DNA of 47,233 bases from Amoebophrya sp. A120 (GCA_905178155.1 CAJINV010000001.1:5716495-5763727), one strand, 5' to 3'. Shown: positions 11,601 to 24,200, counted from the stretch's first letter. Numbers and translations are program-made. Notes: generated from the sequence alone by a model not told the origin.

Positions 11601-14600
11601 GTACTCGCGGGCGCAGCCCCGCCACACCTCGTACCCGTTGATCATGATAGTGCCCAATTTGAAGGCCGGCTCGATCGGCTCCAGGTCGTCGTCGCTGCCC
11701 TGGAAGGAGATCGCACACAGGTCGTTTTTCTTCGAGACCACGGCGCAGTCCTTGCGCTGCTTCAACTGCAAAACGTTCCCGGCCGGGAACTCCGCGTCGT
11801 GCGTGAGGCAGAAGCGATTCTGCACCTGCCAACCATCCTCCGCGTACAGGTCCGTCACCGTCCAGGCGTCGTCGACCCGCACGTCCGTGGCGTAGGAGCT
11901 GCCGGCGAGGCGCACGAGCTGCTGCATCAAGGACCGGGAGTCGCCGTTGGCGGTCGTGAACAGCGACGGGAAGCAGGGGTTCTGCCCAGCAGCGCCCTTG
12001 AAACATTGCTCCCCGGCCGGACAGGTGATGTGGCGGCACTCGTCGTGCGGATCGGCTTTCCGTGTGGCGTCGAAGCCCTCGTTGTCGTTGAACCCGACCC
12101 ACAAGCCCTTGGCGACGTGCATCGCTTTGGAGTTGCTGTCCAACGCCGCGAGCGGAAAGACCTTCTTCGCACCCCCGGCCAACGTCGTCGAAACCGTCAA
12201 CCCGAGCACCGATTCCGTCGCCTGGAGCTGCAACTTCCGCCGGGGAGTTCCTCCTCCATTCGCGGCGGACACGGACCAACCCTCGGGTAACGCGATCGCG
12301 GTGGTGCTCCGCTCGACACACACCGTGAACTCGGACGCACCGAGGCACTGCTCGCTTTCCTCGGTCAGATCGACGTCGAACATGCGGTAGCCGTTCAGCT
12401 CGAACTGCACCCGGACATCGGAGTCGTCGTTGTGCTTCGTGAACTTCAGCTGCAGGGACTGTTCCTGCAAATCGTGCAGCACCTCCGACGTCAGCAGCTG
12501 CCGGTTGGCCGCGGTCACGGCGCCGAAAATGTCCACCTTGGCGTTGATGCTGCACTCCGTCGCGCTCGTGCAGGTGGAGTCCACGGAGAGAAACGCGTTC
12601 TCGCTCAAGACCGTGCAGGATTTCGCCGCCGTCGCGCTGTCGACAATCTGCTTCACGGAGAAGTTGTCCGCCTCGGACTGCCACGCGCGCAGCAGGCACG
12701 GGTGCGGCGTTTCCAGTTCGAACACCTGCATTTCCGGGGACTGCAAGCTGCCCATGGCCGTCTTCACCGTCGTGACCACCTGCGTCTTGCCGCCGGACTG
12801 GAGCTGGCGGCCGGCGGCCGCGCCGGCGACCAGCTTCTTCTGCGCGCAGAACTGCAGGCCGGCAAGGCCCAAATCAGTGCAGCTGGGTGCGTCGGTGTTC
12901 AGGGCTAACGCGGCGGGAGTGGTTTTGCCGAAATCGGGCGTGACTTGCAACTCAAGACCGGAGACCCCGTTCGCGAGGGATCCAACCACGGTGCCGGTCA
13001 GAATCTTACCAGCGCCCACGTCGATCACGACGTCCACGCGGAGACCCTTACCTGCGGATTTTTCATATTTCAGAAAATCATGCCCTCTGTGATTTACGAA
13101 GCAAAAAAAAATTTCATATCCGGGCCTCCAAGTTACAGTTTCCGTACGTACACTCAGGTAGAAATCTGAATGGTATGACACTTTGCTTATTCAAACTAAC
13201 CCTTACTTAGTACCTGCTTCCTGAAACGTGACCCCCAAGGACTCGGACAGCAGCCAGGGATCCGCGGTGGCCTTGTTGACTTCGCCCCAGCGCTGCGTCA
13301 GCGCTGCGTTGTTCCAGTCGGTCGTCGCGTACACCGGTGTGGTACCCGCCTGGCGGGCCACGCGGGAGTACAAAACCCCGTAGATGTGCAGGAAAAGCGC
13401 CATGGACCGGTGAAACAGGTACTCCTCCGGCAGCGCGCAGGTGACCGCCGGCGCGAGCAACTTCGCGTAGAAGTAGGGCGACTCGGCGTAGTGGGAGACG
13501 AACGCCAGGTTCCAAGTTTCGTACAAGTCCTTGTGCGCCTTGCTGGTGGAGATCTTCTTCGAGGGCACCACGGTCATGGCCCGGCCCGCGTCCGCGTTCT
13601 CCGGGAACCCGAGGCGAATGTCCTCCAGAACCGCCTCGAGGATGTTCACGCGGAGCGCGACCTGAGACACGTCCGTCTGACAGCACTTCTTACTGGCGTC
13701 GTCCACGCCCCAGGTCGTGGACGGCATGTAGGCGAGCACCACCTGCTCCATAGTCAGCGTCTTCGCGATTTCGAACGCGTTGAAGTACGACTTCCAGTTC
13801 GCCGGCCGGTTGTTGGTGACCGCGTTGAACACGTCGGTCAAAATCCCAGAACCGCCGTTCGCGTCTATTACATTGAAAAATGCCCCGACCCCGGAATTTG
13901 CAGAAGTTTGTCATGCCAAGTTTCCAAATGAAAGCTTTTTGTCTTGCATAAAAGGATTGCGAGCGTTTCTGATGCAGAATCTGGGTGCGCAAGGTGCCTT
14001 GTGCATAACAGATCCGGCTGCTGTTGGGCTACTTCGCAACACAAATTTGACCTGTTCAGCATGGAAAATTTGTGATGCTGAGATATGCAAGACGGGGAAT
14101 GTTTCTGTTGGAAAGGTTTGCAATACAAATGCTGCCAAGCTGGGGGTGGGGGCATTTTTCATTGTAATAGCGTCCGCGGAGATCGCCTTGGTGAAGCCGT
14201 CGAGCAGGATCGAGTAGTGCACCGCGTCCTTGATGTGCTTGTTCGTGACCGCCTCGTCGGTCCCGACGTTCGGCTGCAACGCCGGGTTGTCCAGCGCCTC
14301 GCACACGAACTCGGACAGAATCGGGTTCGAGGCCGCGCAAGTTTTCACCTGGTCCAGCCACTGCGTAATGTCCAAATTCTGCATCGCAGTCACCGCAGGC
14401 TGCAAAGAGGGGACGTTCAGCAACTTCATCTCCAGCATCATGCTGTTCAACAGATTCACGTCCAGTTGCGTCGCGCCCGCGGCTTGGATCCGGGCCTTCA
14501 CCTGGTCGAGACAGGCGACGCTCTGCGCGGCCGTCGGCGGGTTGTTGGTGGGCGTGGCGTCCACGACAGAAATTTTCGCGCCGGACCCGCCACCCACGAT

Positions 14601-17126
14601 CACGCACTGCTCCTGGTTCTTCGCGACCACGGTCAGCGGCTTCTGCAGGGCGGCCTTTTCGTTCACTGGGACGCCGGACAGACAGAAGTGCGTGTCCGGA
14701 ATCAACTTGTAGTCGTTCAACAGCATCGGCTGAAATTCCGTCGCGACGGTCTGGATCTGGTTCAGCTTCGCGAGCACAGTGCCCGCACCGCTGGAGGTTC
14801 CGGGCAAAACCAAATCTGGCACCGTGGACACCTGCAAGCCGTTGGCCACCGAATTCGTGCTCATTTTCACGTGCATCAACTGCGTGTCCGCGTTCTTGCG
14901 GCCGAAACCCGCGTAGACGGTGAGAACGTTGGTGTTTTCCAACACCGCGAACACGCACACCTGAACGACGTTGTTCACCAAACCGCACTTCTTCGTGTCC
15001 GCGACCAGCTCCGCGTCGACGACCGCCACCGAATTCGAGGTGGGCGAGGTTGTGTAGGTAACCACCACGTGCTGCTTGAGCTGTTGCGGCGTGGACAAGT
15101 CCTTCATCAAAAACGCCGCCTGGAAGCTGGCGTCCAGGGAAAGCGTGTTGACCCGGAACACCGCGTTGAACGCCTTTTCGGAACCGCTCCCGCTCGCCCC
15201 CGTCAGCAAGTAGTCCTCGGAGCCACCCAGGAAGGTGCAGTGCTGAAACAGGTTGTTCTGCGTCAGCGCCCCCGAGAGCGTCACGGTCTGCATCAGCATC
15301 GGGACGCTCGCGGTGTTGTCGGCCAGACAGGGGTGCGACAACGGAAAGTTCGTGTTCGTGTCGGTCAGCTTGTTCCGCCAGTTCAGCGCCAGTTCCGGCA
15401 GCTTGTTAACGCACCGCGCGGTCCGGCAGGGCGCGCAAAGCTGCTGCGGATCGTTGGCCGGCACAAGCACCTCGTTCGCGCAGCCGCCGTCCGTGGTCCC
15501 GTCGGCGTTCAGGATGGCATCCTGGTCCAAGTAGTGCGTGACGGCGGTCGACCAGTGCGTGAAGTAGCGGCACATCGCGAAGTTCCGGTCCTGCTCCTCG
15601 AACACCGGCACCAGCAATCGCGCGCCGCTCCACCCGACCGAGCGTTCGCAGAAGTCCTTGGCGGGCGAATAGGCTTTCGCGTCGCGCAGTTCCGTCGTGC
15701 CGAACTTGCAGACTTTCCCCGCCTGGTAGTCCATCTGTCCGTACGCGTCCAACGCGTGCACGTACTGCGTGATCTGCCCGTGCAACACGGTCACGTCGAC
15801 GTCCGCCGAATACGCGGCGGGGAGCGCGTACCGCACCGCGCACTGCACGCCCACACCGTCGAAGGTGTACGTAGGAACCGTCATGGCTTTGGTCTTTTCC
15901 AACCACATCGAGACCAGAGACGCCCGACCGCCGCCCTGCGAGTGACCTGTGGTTTTTGTAGAGAAAGTACTTATTTTATGTTTTTTCAAAGATATCAGTA
16001 CGCAGCAATTGTGGATTTGTGAGTGCAGGGAAGAACGACCACGTAGCAGATCCCTTTTCCGACAAGATACATGCACTTGCAATGCTGTTAGGAAAGAACC
16101 GATGAACAATTTGATTTCGCAGTAATATCAAGTTGTACCTGTGATGTAAAGCGTCTTGCCGGCGACCGTGGGCAAAATCGTTTCCACGAGCTGCTTTGTC
16201 AGCGGCCAGTAGCCTTCGTTGATCACGGAAAAGGTGTTCGCCAAGCCCAGCTGCATCCAATCCACGTCCTGCTTGACCAACAACCCCTGCGTCGCCGCGT
16301 AGAAGGCGGCTTTTTCCTTCAGATCCGGCAGTTTCGCCCGCTCCAACATCTCGTTCGTCAGCGCCTGCTGCGTGGCGTCCTGCCAGTTTTGCATCATCTG
16401 CGCCTGCAGCCGGTCGCTGAACCAGCCCTCGAACCAGAGAAACATGTTGTTGAAGTCGGCACCGGTGTGGCTGCCGCGGAAGACGATGACGGCCTCCGTT
16501 GCGGACTGGTAGACCGCGGCGGCGACCCCCAGCCCCGTCGGCTCGCCGTTCGTCGGGTTGAACTTGCTTTCCCAGCTGTCCTGCGCCACCTTGGTGCTCA
16601 TGGCCGCGTGCCACGCGGCGGTCACCGTCGTCTCTGACGCCGCCCGGTCTGCGGCGGTCTGCCCGGTGCCGTACAGGTTGACGCCGGCTTCGTACACTTC
16701 CCCCAGCTTGTCCAGGTACTGGGTGTAGTCCGTGGGCGGGTAGATGACGCGGTTCATATGGGCAAACGTCCGCACCTTGGCCCGCTCGTCGGCGAAGGAA
16801 ACCGTTTGGAGGTTCCGGCGCTTCTCGACCTCCTGCTGCGGCAAACGGTGCTCGATCACCGCCGGTTGGTTGTCATTTTCCAAATCGGTGCCGATCCGAA
16901 ACAGGTTGGTCAAGTGAAATCCGTTCACACTGCTCGCCCCGTGCTCCTCGTGCTGGAGCGCGTGAGGCTCCTCGGTGACGCGCAGGTTGATAGTGCTGGT
17001 GGTGGTCGGGTATGCGTTTGCAGCATTGGTGGTGGTCCAGAGCGGCAGCAACGCCGCCGCGAAGAAAGCGACCAGTGGCATGTGGGGCCACAAAAGCGGA
17101 GAGGATGTTTGTTTTTTCCTCGTCAT
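5671..17126 (-). CDS. Giant (>=3280 aa) predicted secretory-pathway membrane protein with two class-3 lipase (alpha/beta hydrolase) domains, Cys-rich segments and a multi-TM C-terminal part
   Basis: Exons 17126-16139, 15946-14170, 13860-13214, 13051-9005, 8702-7699, 7513-6316 and 5856-5671 join in frame. The joins use GT-AG introns (16138-15947, 13213-13052, 7698-7514) and three introners. Splicing creates LYITG|HSQGG. The second domain has SFQGS, YITGHSLG (GHSLG at 11502-11516), TFAAPPV, DIV and DHH. There is an N-terminal hydrophobic signal. If the element ending at 5670 is not removed, the frame stops at 5663-5665 (3284 aa). Confidence 0.82.
5862..6315. mobile_element. Introner family A (TIR core tgtctgggtctggaag), 454 bp including a nested insertion
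   Basis: Direct repeat tgtcc at 5857-5861 and 6316-6320. Near-identical to 20729-20978 apart from the insertion. Removal gives ...SIADTIKNKSAF... Confidence 0.93.
5911..6097. mobile_element. 187-bp nested insertion with a 15-bp duplication and an (agcactaaa)-repeat tail; retroposon-like
   Basis: catgctgtttttgca at 5896-5910 and 6098-6112. It occurs once in the uninterrupted paralog at about 20763. Confidence 0.75.
8708..9004. mobile_element. Introner family B (TIR core aaaaatgccccacccc), 297 bp
   Basis: Direct repeat tccag at 8703-8707 and 9005-9009. Highly similar to 39172-39477. Removal gives PDEKYWTDKNLTP. Confidence 0.93.
13866..14169. mobile_element. Introner family B, 304 bp, in the opposite orientation to the copies at 8708 and 39172
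   Basis: Direct repeat gcgtc at 13861-13865 and 14170-14174. TIR tattacattgaaaaatgcccc / ggggcatttttcattgtaata. Removal gives KAISADANGGSGILTDVF. Confidence 0.93.
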
Positions 17127-20100
17127 TGATTTGTCCGGTTTATACCTTTCTCGTCCCGGACAAAAAGTAGAGCAAAAAGGCGTCAGCAAAAACCGCAAAG
17201 CGGCTTCGCCGAAAACTGGGAAGTAAACGACCTTCTTTTCTGCTGCTGTTGCTGTAAAAAACCCTTGTCAATGAAGATAGTGTACACCGAGATAGACTTT
17301 TATTCAAACGAGTTCTACTTCTTCCGATATTTCAGCTATACAGACTAGCTTGACCCTGCAGGAAAAGTTGCCGCACGGGAGGAGGTCGTGCACGACCTGC
17401 AACTCCTTTCCGGGATGCGCTTCTCCTCCTTCCTTCCGAGAATTCACCTAGTAGAGGAATCAAAAAGTTGTATATTGACTTACTACTTTACTCAAGGTTG
17501 CTTGCAATGTGGCAGTGATTTTTTTCGTTGCGTTGACTTATGCTTTGTTTTCTATGTTTGATACTCTACTATATGTTATCCGTCAAATCGTCTATGCTTC
17601 GACTGTGATTTCGAAGAGTTTCTTTTTGTTTTTTGCAAACTGTTGAAAATGTTTCTGCGGATTGTGTTCTGTATTTGATGGTTGAGTTGCTTTTTCGTCC
17701 ACAGTATCCTACGAGTTTTTTTCTTTTTTCTTTACAGGAAAATTCAGTTTCGTTTTGAGATGAAAATTAGCGGGTTGTACGTTGTGTTAGTTTTCCAAAA
17801 CTTTGAAAACAGTAATCGCTGGCAGTTGATTACCGCTCCTGGCCGCCATTTTTCCTTCAAATTCCCATCACGAAAAAAAAACCTCACCTGCTACAAACGA
17901 ATTATCGCGCAGATCAAGCTGAAGAAAAACAGGTTCCTTTTGTGCGGCTAAAGTAAGCTTTCGTCCAGAAAAAAACCAAACCGATTGACGACCAACACAG
18001 AGGATAATTTAATATCAATTTTTGACAGCAAGTCTTCGCTTCAATTCATCGCAAAGACAAAAGAAAAAACTCGCTCACTTTTGTCAAGAAAAAACACGGG
18101 ACAGTGACAGATCCTAACCGCATGTGTCCGAAAACACTACAGGACCGACACTCGACCGAATCTCAGAACGCGCTCCGTATTACAACGCCTTTACGGGAAA
18201 AAGCCAACGCGCAAAAAAACTCACCAAAAAAAAGGCACGCAGAAGTCGAACTCCTCGAACTTTATGGAAAAAAGTGCAAAGCTCAACAGCACATCATGCT
18301 CTTTTTTTTGCTTCGTACCGCTTGTAATAGATCTCGTGAAGATTAAGCTGTGTTTATTGTCATCGCTGGCAGGGAGAGTACAAGACATCTTCGAAGCAAG
18401 TAGGATCTGCAATAATTCGTGTAGTTGGGTCAACATATTCTTATTGTATCTACTGTATCCACCTCTCCGTGAGGCGCGACATGCTGAACCTCATCAAGTA
18501 GTGGCATTTTTCGACATCGGAACCTTCTCGCGTTTCAGTAATTAAACTTCAAGTCGTCGCTCATCTTTAAGGATGTCTAGATGATCCCTGGATGCTGGTA
18601 GAGATGAATACTAAAAGGCACTGCTCTGAGTGTTATATATAATGAGAATGAGAAGAGTAGTATTGAAAAGTTTAAGTTTTGCTGGTTGTAAGAATGATAA
18701 TTGGTAGATGTTGCGAGAGTCGCTGCGGACTTCGCTTGCGCACGACAGCTCAACAAGAAAATCCCAGGATTTTCTTGCATAGCCATCGCTTTCTTTTAAA
18801 AGTAAAGAAAAATGGGAATAGCTGATAAGACATAGCGAAATATCTCAATATTTCCGGCCCCCCGTGCGGGTTCTTCGGCCTTCTCGGAGTATCTGAGTCA
18901 CGAGCTTTATCCTAAGAATCCACGTAGGATAGAGCCCGATACACGTCGAAACTCAATAGTTGTATCTATATATAATTGGCATCGTAGTAGAGCTTTGCCT
19001 CGTAGTAGAAGGAAGATGGAGATGGTCGTCTATTTTTTCTTGGGCATCCGCTCTGCGACATCAAGGCTGAGAGCACGAGGTGCTGCGTGCAGCCGCCCAT
19101 GCCGATATTTTCAAATAAACCTAGTAGAGTTACACGAAAAAGTACTGCTTCGCCAAAGCAGTTTTTTTTTCTCAGCATTGCATGAAGCGAAAGAACTTCA
19201 AAGTCGTACATTTTTACTTTTAGGCAGTGACTGACAGGTGTTGCTGTGATATAGCAGAAGAGTGCTGCTCCGAGTAAGCTATCGACTACTTTCTTTTCCT
19301 CGTCGACAATCAATAGCTGAAACGGAGCAACATGCTCCTTGACTTTACTGTGACATCGTGCGATAGGTGTAAATAAAGCACGGTAGAAGAAGTACTAACA
19401 ACATTAGTCACGCGGTAGTTCGTTAGGATTGTGCTAGCGTTCGATCAATCGAAAACTATGCCTAGGACGAACCGGCAACACGCAACTCTAAGTGTTCTGA
19501 AGTAGAGATCAGTACGTTTATTCAAACGGTAAACCGTGACGGTTTGCTTTTTCTTTTCGCGATCGTGAAAACAAAGTGCTATACCTTCTTCAACTTCATC
19601 TATGCTTTTCGAGAAATCTGAGAACCGCAGTGGAGTCCTTTTTAGCTAACTTTTTTCAATGACTGTAGCCCTAGATCACAGAACGACCACTGATCCGCTT
19701 CTCAGGTCGCCATCACAATCATGGGGCCCCGATTCCGCTCGCTCCGGTGACATTTTTTTTCATTCTTCACACACAAATATCTTCAGAGGTGCTCCTGATA
19801 ACCTGAATCTACTCCTTGCGCCAAACAATAAATCGCCTGTTGTAGTTGCTGGCAGAGCACGTTGACGGACGACCGTCTCCAGCGCAGCTGCACCCCTCCT
19901 AGTTTTCGATGGATCAGTGTAACTAGCGAAGGGTCTTTGACATCGATCACACTCAGGTTCTTACGTGACGATGGCAGCGCCGTGCGAGCAACTTGTGATG
20001 GAGTAGATTAAGATAATTTTAGCGTGCGTCCACCCGATAATTTTCTGTGCCCGTAGTGCCTCGTCACTTTTCTGGCATGACCGCGGTGGACTTAGGCTCT

Positions 20101-20289
20101 GGGTCGTGGTCAATTGCGGCGCAAAATTTCTTCTGCACTTCCGACCAATTCTCCGGCTCGCTCACCTGAAATGGAGCAGGGGAAGTTACTTATCTTCTAT
20201 GTGGCAGCCAGAATTGAAAAAACAATCTTGTTCGAAAGAATCTAACCATGCATCAAAAGGAGATGTGAAAACAACAAGTCTAAAATACT

Positions 20290-21173
20290 TGGAAAGTGAT
20301 GGTGAGCCGGCCTTCCTTGCCCCAACCCAGACCGGGGTACACTCGAATGTCGCCGTCACGTACCATCCGGGGTACTGCCAGCTCTACCTCTTCCCCGAAA
20401 ACATTCGCCTTGCAGGTGCCTTTTTACAGTGAAGGATAGAGACTTGACTTTATTTCCCGTTCTTCAGTGTTGTAAGTAGAAATACGGCAAACACGCTTAA
20501 GTACATTGAATTCTTTTCCAATGAAAAATCTTCGTTTCAGCTGTACAGAATCAAACAGCTTTCTTCTATCTGTACCTCCCAGCAGCGCCGTGTAGAAGTC
20601 GATGGGCACGTTTTCTAGTTTCAAGTCCTCCCCGTCCAGCATTTCCTTCTCCTCGTCCGCGAGACACACGACCAGCGTTTGCGAATTTTCGGTCAACTTT
20701 GTCCCGGGTTTCGTCAGCGGCGGAATGGTATCAAATGAAAAAATGTCTGGGTCTGGAAGACTCATGCTGTTTTTGCATGACGCAGAAGGTCTGGCATGGA
20801 AGCTCTAGCATCACAGGTTTCGAGAAGCTTCCGCAATGCCGAATCCGCATGAGAAGTCCCTCATTTTGGTGACAGAAAGTGGGCAGCTTTTGCTACCTAT
20901 GCACGACAGATTTTTCTGTGTTCTGAAATGCGCATCACAACTTTGTCTTCTTCCAGACCGACATATTTGCAATCCATAAATGGTGAAGGTAACCGACTCG
21001 AACTCGTCTTTGTGTTCGAACGGGCCGCCTTTGTACAGGACCGCCAGCGGTACCTCGGCGCGCAAAATGCAGGAAACCTCCACACCGTCGTCATCGACGG
21101 CACCGGTTCCGTCCCCGGTGAGGCTCTCCACCACGTGCTCCGCGTCAGACGCATCGACGACACTATTTTTCAT
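20290..21173 (-). CDS. Protein with a DnaJ/Hsp40 C-terminal substrate-binding domain; 5' and 3' ends uncertain
   Basis: After removing introner 20729-20978 and GT-AG intron 20575-20420 the frame reads VPLAVLYKGG...FTIPPLTKPGTKL...DGEDLKLENVPIDFYTALLGGTCKANVFGEEVELAVP...YPGLGW, which follows the DnaJ_C pattern. Confidence 0.65.
20729..20978. mobile_element. Introner family A, 250 bp
   Basis: Direct repeat aatgg at 20724-20728 and 20979-20983. The right TIR has a 2-bp deletion (ccagacc--gaca). Confidence 0.93.
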
Positions 21174-21278
21174 TTGGGGTTTTGGAAATTGGCGCAGTCC
21201 TCTATCGATCGACGGGGAAAAAAGAATACAAATGCATTGGGAACAAGTGGACTACTTAAATTGCAAAAAGAAAAACTA

Positions 21279-24200
21279 CTATGAACAATACACAGCAGCG
21301 TGGTCGAGCTGCGCCGCGGCTGCTGCTGCTGCATCGTACAGGTAGGCATTTTCCGGACTCGCCCACTGCCCGTACCACATCTGCGCGCGGTTGGGGGACT
21401 GGTAGCCTTTAAAGCCCGGGGCAGCGGAGCTTTGGTTCACGTGCGCGCCTGAAAAAGTGAAATAAATTCGGAATGCTGCTGGTGTTTCTTGTGCATATTG
21501 AAAAAGTTCATGCTGAGTAGAGTCTCTTCATTTAGATGTACTGTCTTACATGATACTTAGACCACGATTAAGGGCTCCGGTACTCGGAAGTCATACAGGA
21601 ATAGTTTTTCTCCTATAACACAGTACCTGGCGGCGCTGCTGGCTGTTGGAATAGCACACCAGGCTTCTTCGCGTTGGGGTCTGCGTGCGGTGCGGGCCCT
21701 TGCTGCATTGCCTCGATCAGTGTCGGCTTCTTGCGCTCCTGCTCTTCCCGCTTTTTCCGTCGAATCTCTGCGCGCTCCTCGTCCGCGGCACGACGCTTTT
21801 CCGCAGCCTCTTTTCTGTTTAGTGTATGGATGTTGCGCATGCATTTTCGTTTCCAGCAATCCAACGCGATGAAGCCACCAGGGTACAAATTTTATTGGAG
21901 GTTTGAACTACGAAACAGTTCTTATCCAGTAACTGCTTTTGTCATGAGGATTAAAAGTCGTTTTTGATCTTCCCAGTCACGATCATGGTTCAAGCCAGTT
22001 AATAGATACCGAAAGCGTTCGGCGGCTTCCCGCTGCTTCTGCCGAAGGGCCTTTTCCCGTTCCTTCTGCTGCTTGTGCAGGTCGTCCGGGTGCTCTATCA
22101 AGAGGGAACGCCCCCCCTCCCCATATCGAAAACAACGCCCGCGATGCTCTGCCTGGGCAAACCAACCAAGTACGTGCTGCAGTAGAGCACTGCACGCAAA
22201 TGGCGAGCCTAGGCCGGAGCCTTTGACGTAGGCGCCCAGCATGGTAGACGGCTGCCCTGTAGGCCTTACAGCGTGCCCAATTGCCCCCATAACGCGGCGG
22301 ACACACAGCCAGAGCCTGCTCGGCGGCGATGACCTTCCCGATGAGCCGGTGGCCGGCCTTCCGGAACTCTTCGGGCGTCTGGAGCAGGTCGCTGCTGCAC
22401 GGCGCGAAACCCGACCCGAAACAGGTTCGCAGCAGGTCGCTGATCATCGTGCTTTTTCCGGCACCGCCAAGCCCAACAAAGCAGAACAGCTTCTGCGGGG
22501 CCGGCGCCGACTCCCCGCACAACGCGGGGGAGATTATTGCCAGCCACAAGTCCAAGCCGTGGCGGCACTTCCACAAAGTCGAAGCGATCGCCCGCATGAA
22601 CCGCCTCCCGTCCTCTTCGGACGGCCTTAGCAGGATGGCGGCGGGTATGCCAGTGTAGCCGTTGTTTTCTGGCTTTTTGTCCACCGTCACAATTCTGCAT
22701 CACAAATCCGCAGATGGATGCGCTTTCAATATGGGGAGGGGACATTTTTCCTCACAATATGCTCTCGCCTTTCCTCCTGCTCCCGGAGAAATTCTGCCCG
22801 CTGATCCATGACTTCGTCGCGCCGCGCGCCACTCTCCTTCTCCGATTTTGGCTGCGGGTCCTGAAATATTATATATATGTAAGCACATTTTAGGGTTTAG
22901 GGTTTAGGGAAGTACAACCATGATGCGCTGCACTGTAAAATTCTACCACGCCTGTTTTTCAATATCTGCTTCTTCTCTTCCGACCTTGTTGGCGGTGCTA
23001 TTAACTCCTCCAGATGTTGAATATCAAAATTCACAAAATGATAGTACAGAAGCGGCTCCGGCAGCTGCTGCTCCAGCGGCGGGATACGATTCCACGCCCG
23101 CCTCCGGCGAAGTTCTTTGCCCGACGTCGCTCCCGTCCTCGTTTGGCTTAATGTCCTCGGCGTCTCCATTACCATGACTCCCCGGACTTGCTTCCTGCAC
23201 CTCTAACGACATTTTTTCGGGGAGGTTCAGTTGCACCGCTTTTCCGGCCGTGCCAGTGTTCACCTGAAAGCACAAGATGGAAAAGGAAATTGAAGAATGA
23301 ATGACTCACATCGTTTTTCGTCATATTAGCGGTATTAACGTTGACACCAGTCCGAGGCACATGAAATGTTGGCCTCTGAAGATTGATCCCGACTTATCCA
23401 GTGACTGATAAATTTAGATTCTTTCTCCAAAAATGAAACTTGTCGCCTTCTGGGGAAAAATCGGACAAAGGGATGAATGAATCTTTAGAAGTGCTATACC
23501 TGCAGATATTTCTGTGCCATGGCCGTGTTTGACTTCGCCTTTTTGCTCTTCTTGCTGGAGGACGCGGCGATACTGGCCCACGTAGTGGCCCCGTTGTCCC
23601 CCGTAGTTTCCGGCGACGCACCCTTGCTCGCAGCAGCCACGGGGTCCACACTTTCGCGCTGGGGCGTGGGGCCGCCGCCTTTCCGGCCGCTGGGTCCCTT
23701 TTTGCCCGCGGTCACGCTCTTAACTCCTTGTTCCGCCGTAGTCGCAGCTGTTGAGCCTGAGGTGGCCGTCGAGGCGGTAGTCGCGGTTGCAAGGGGGGCA
23801 GCAGCTGCACCACCCGCAGTCGCGGCCTGCAGCCCGGGCGCGGCGGTACCGTAGTGCTCGGCGCCGGCCGCGAACCACCCGGCGGCCGCCGGATCCGCCT
23901 CGCTGTTGAACTCTTGCGTGACCAACGCCATCGCGTCCTCGTATTCGTCGTTGCGTGCGTGGTGCTCGTGCGCGGCGCCCCCAGCGGTCGCGGTTGCGCT
24001 CGCCCCTGGCGCGTAATAGCCGCTACTCATGTGCGACGGCATGTAACCTGTTCAGCAACAAAGAAAAGGACTTATGTATGAAACTTTTCATGTAAACGGC
24101 AAAGAAAAAAACCATGCAGAATTATAATTGACAGTCGCGGTTACAACTCTCAACTCGGCACAAAACCAAAAGGAGCCATCAAATTTATATGGAAATCTTT

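Noticed and set aside
6545-16022. Long plus-strand ORFs (645 aa at 14085-16022, 318 aa at 6545-7501 and others)
   Set aside because: Antisense shadows of GC3-rich minus-strand exons.
17230-20100. Possible short-exon gene(s) in the AT-rich interval
   Set aside because: Some coding-like patches exist, but no consistent exon chain or domain could be supported by eye.
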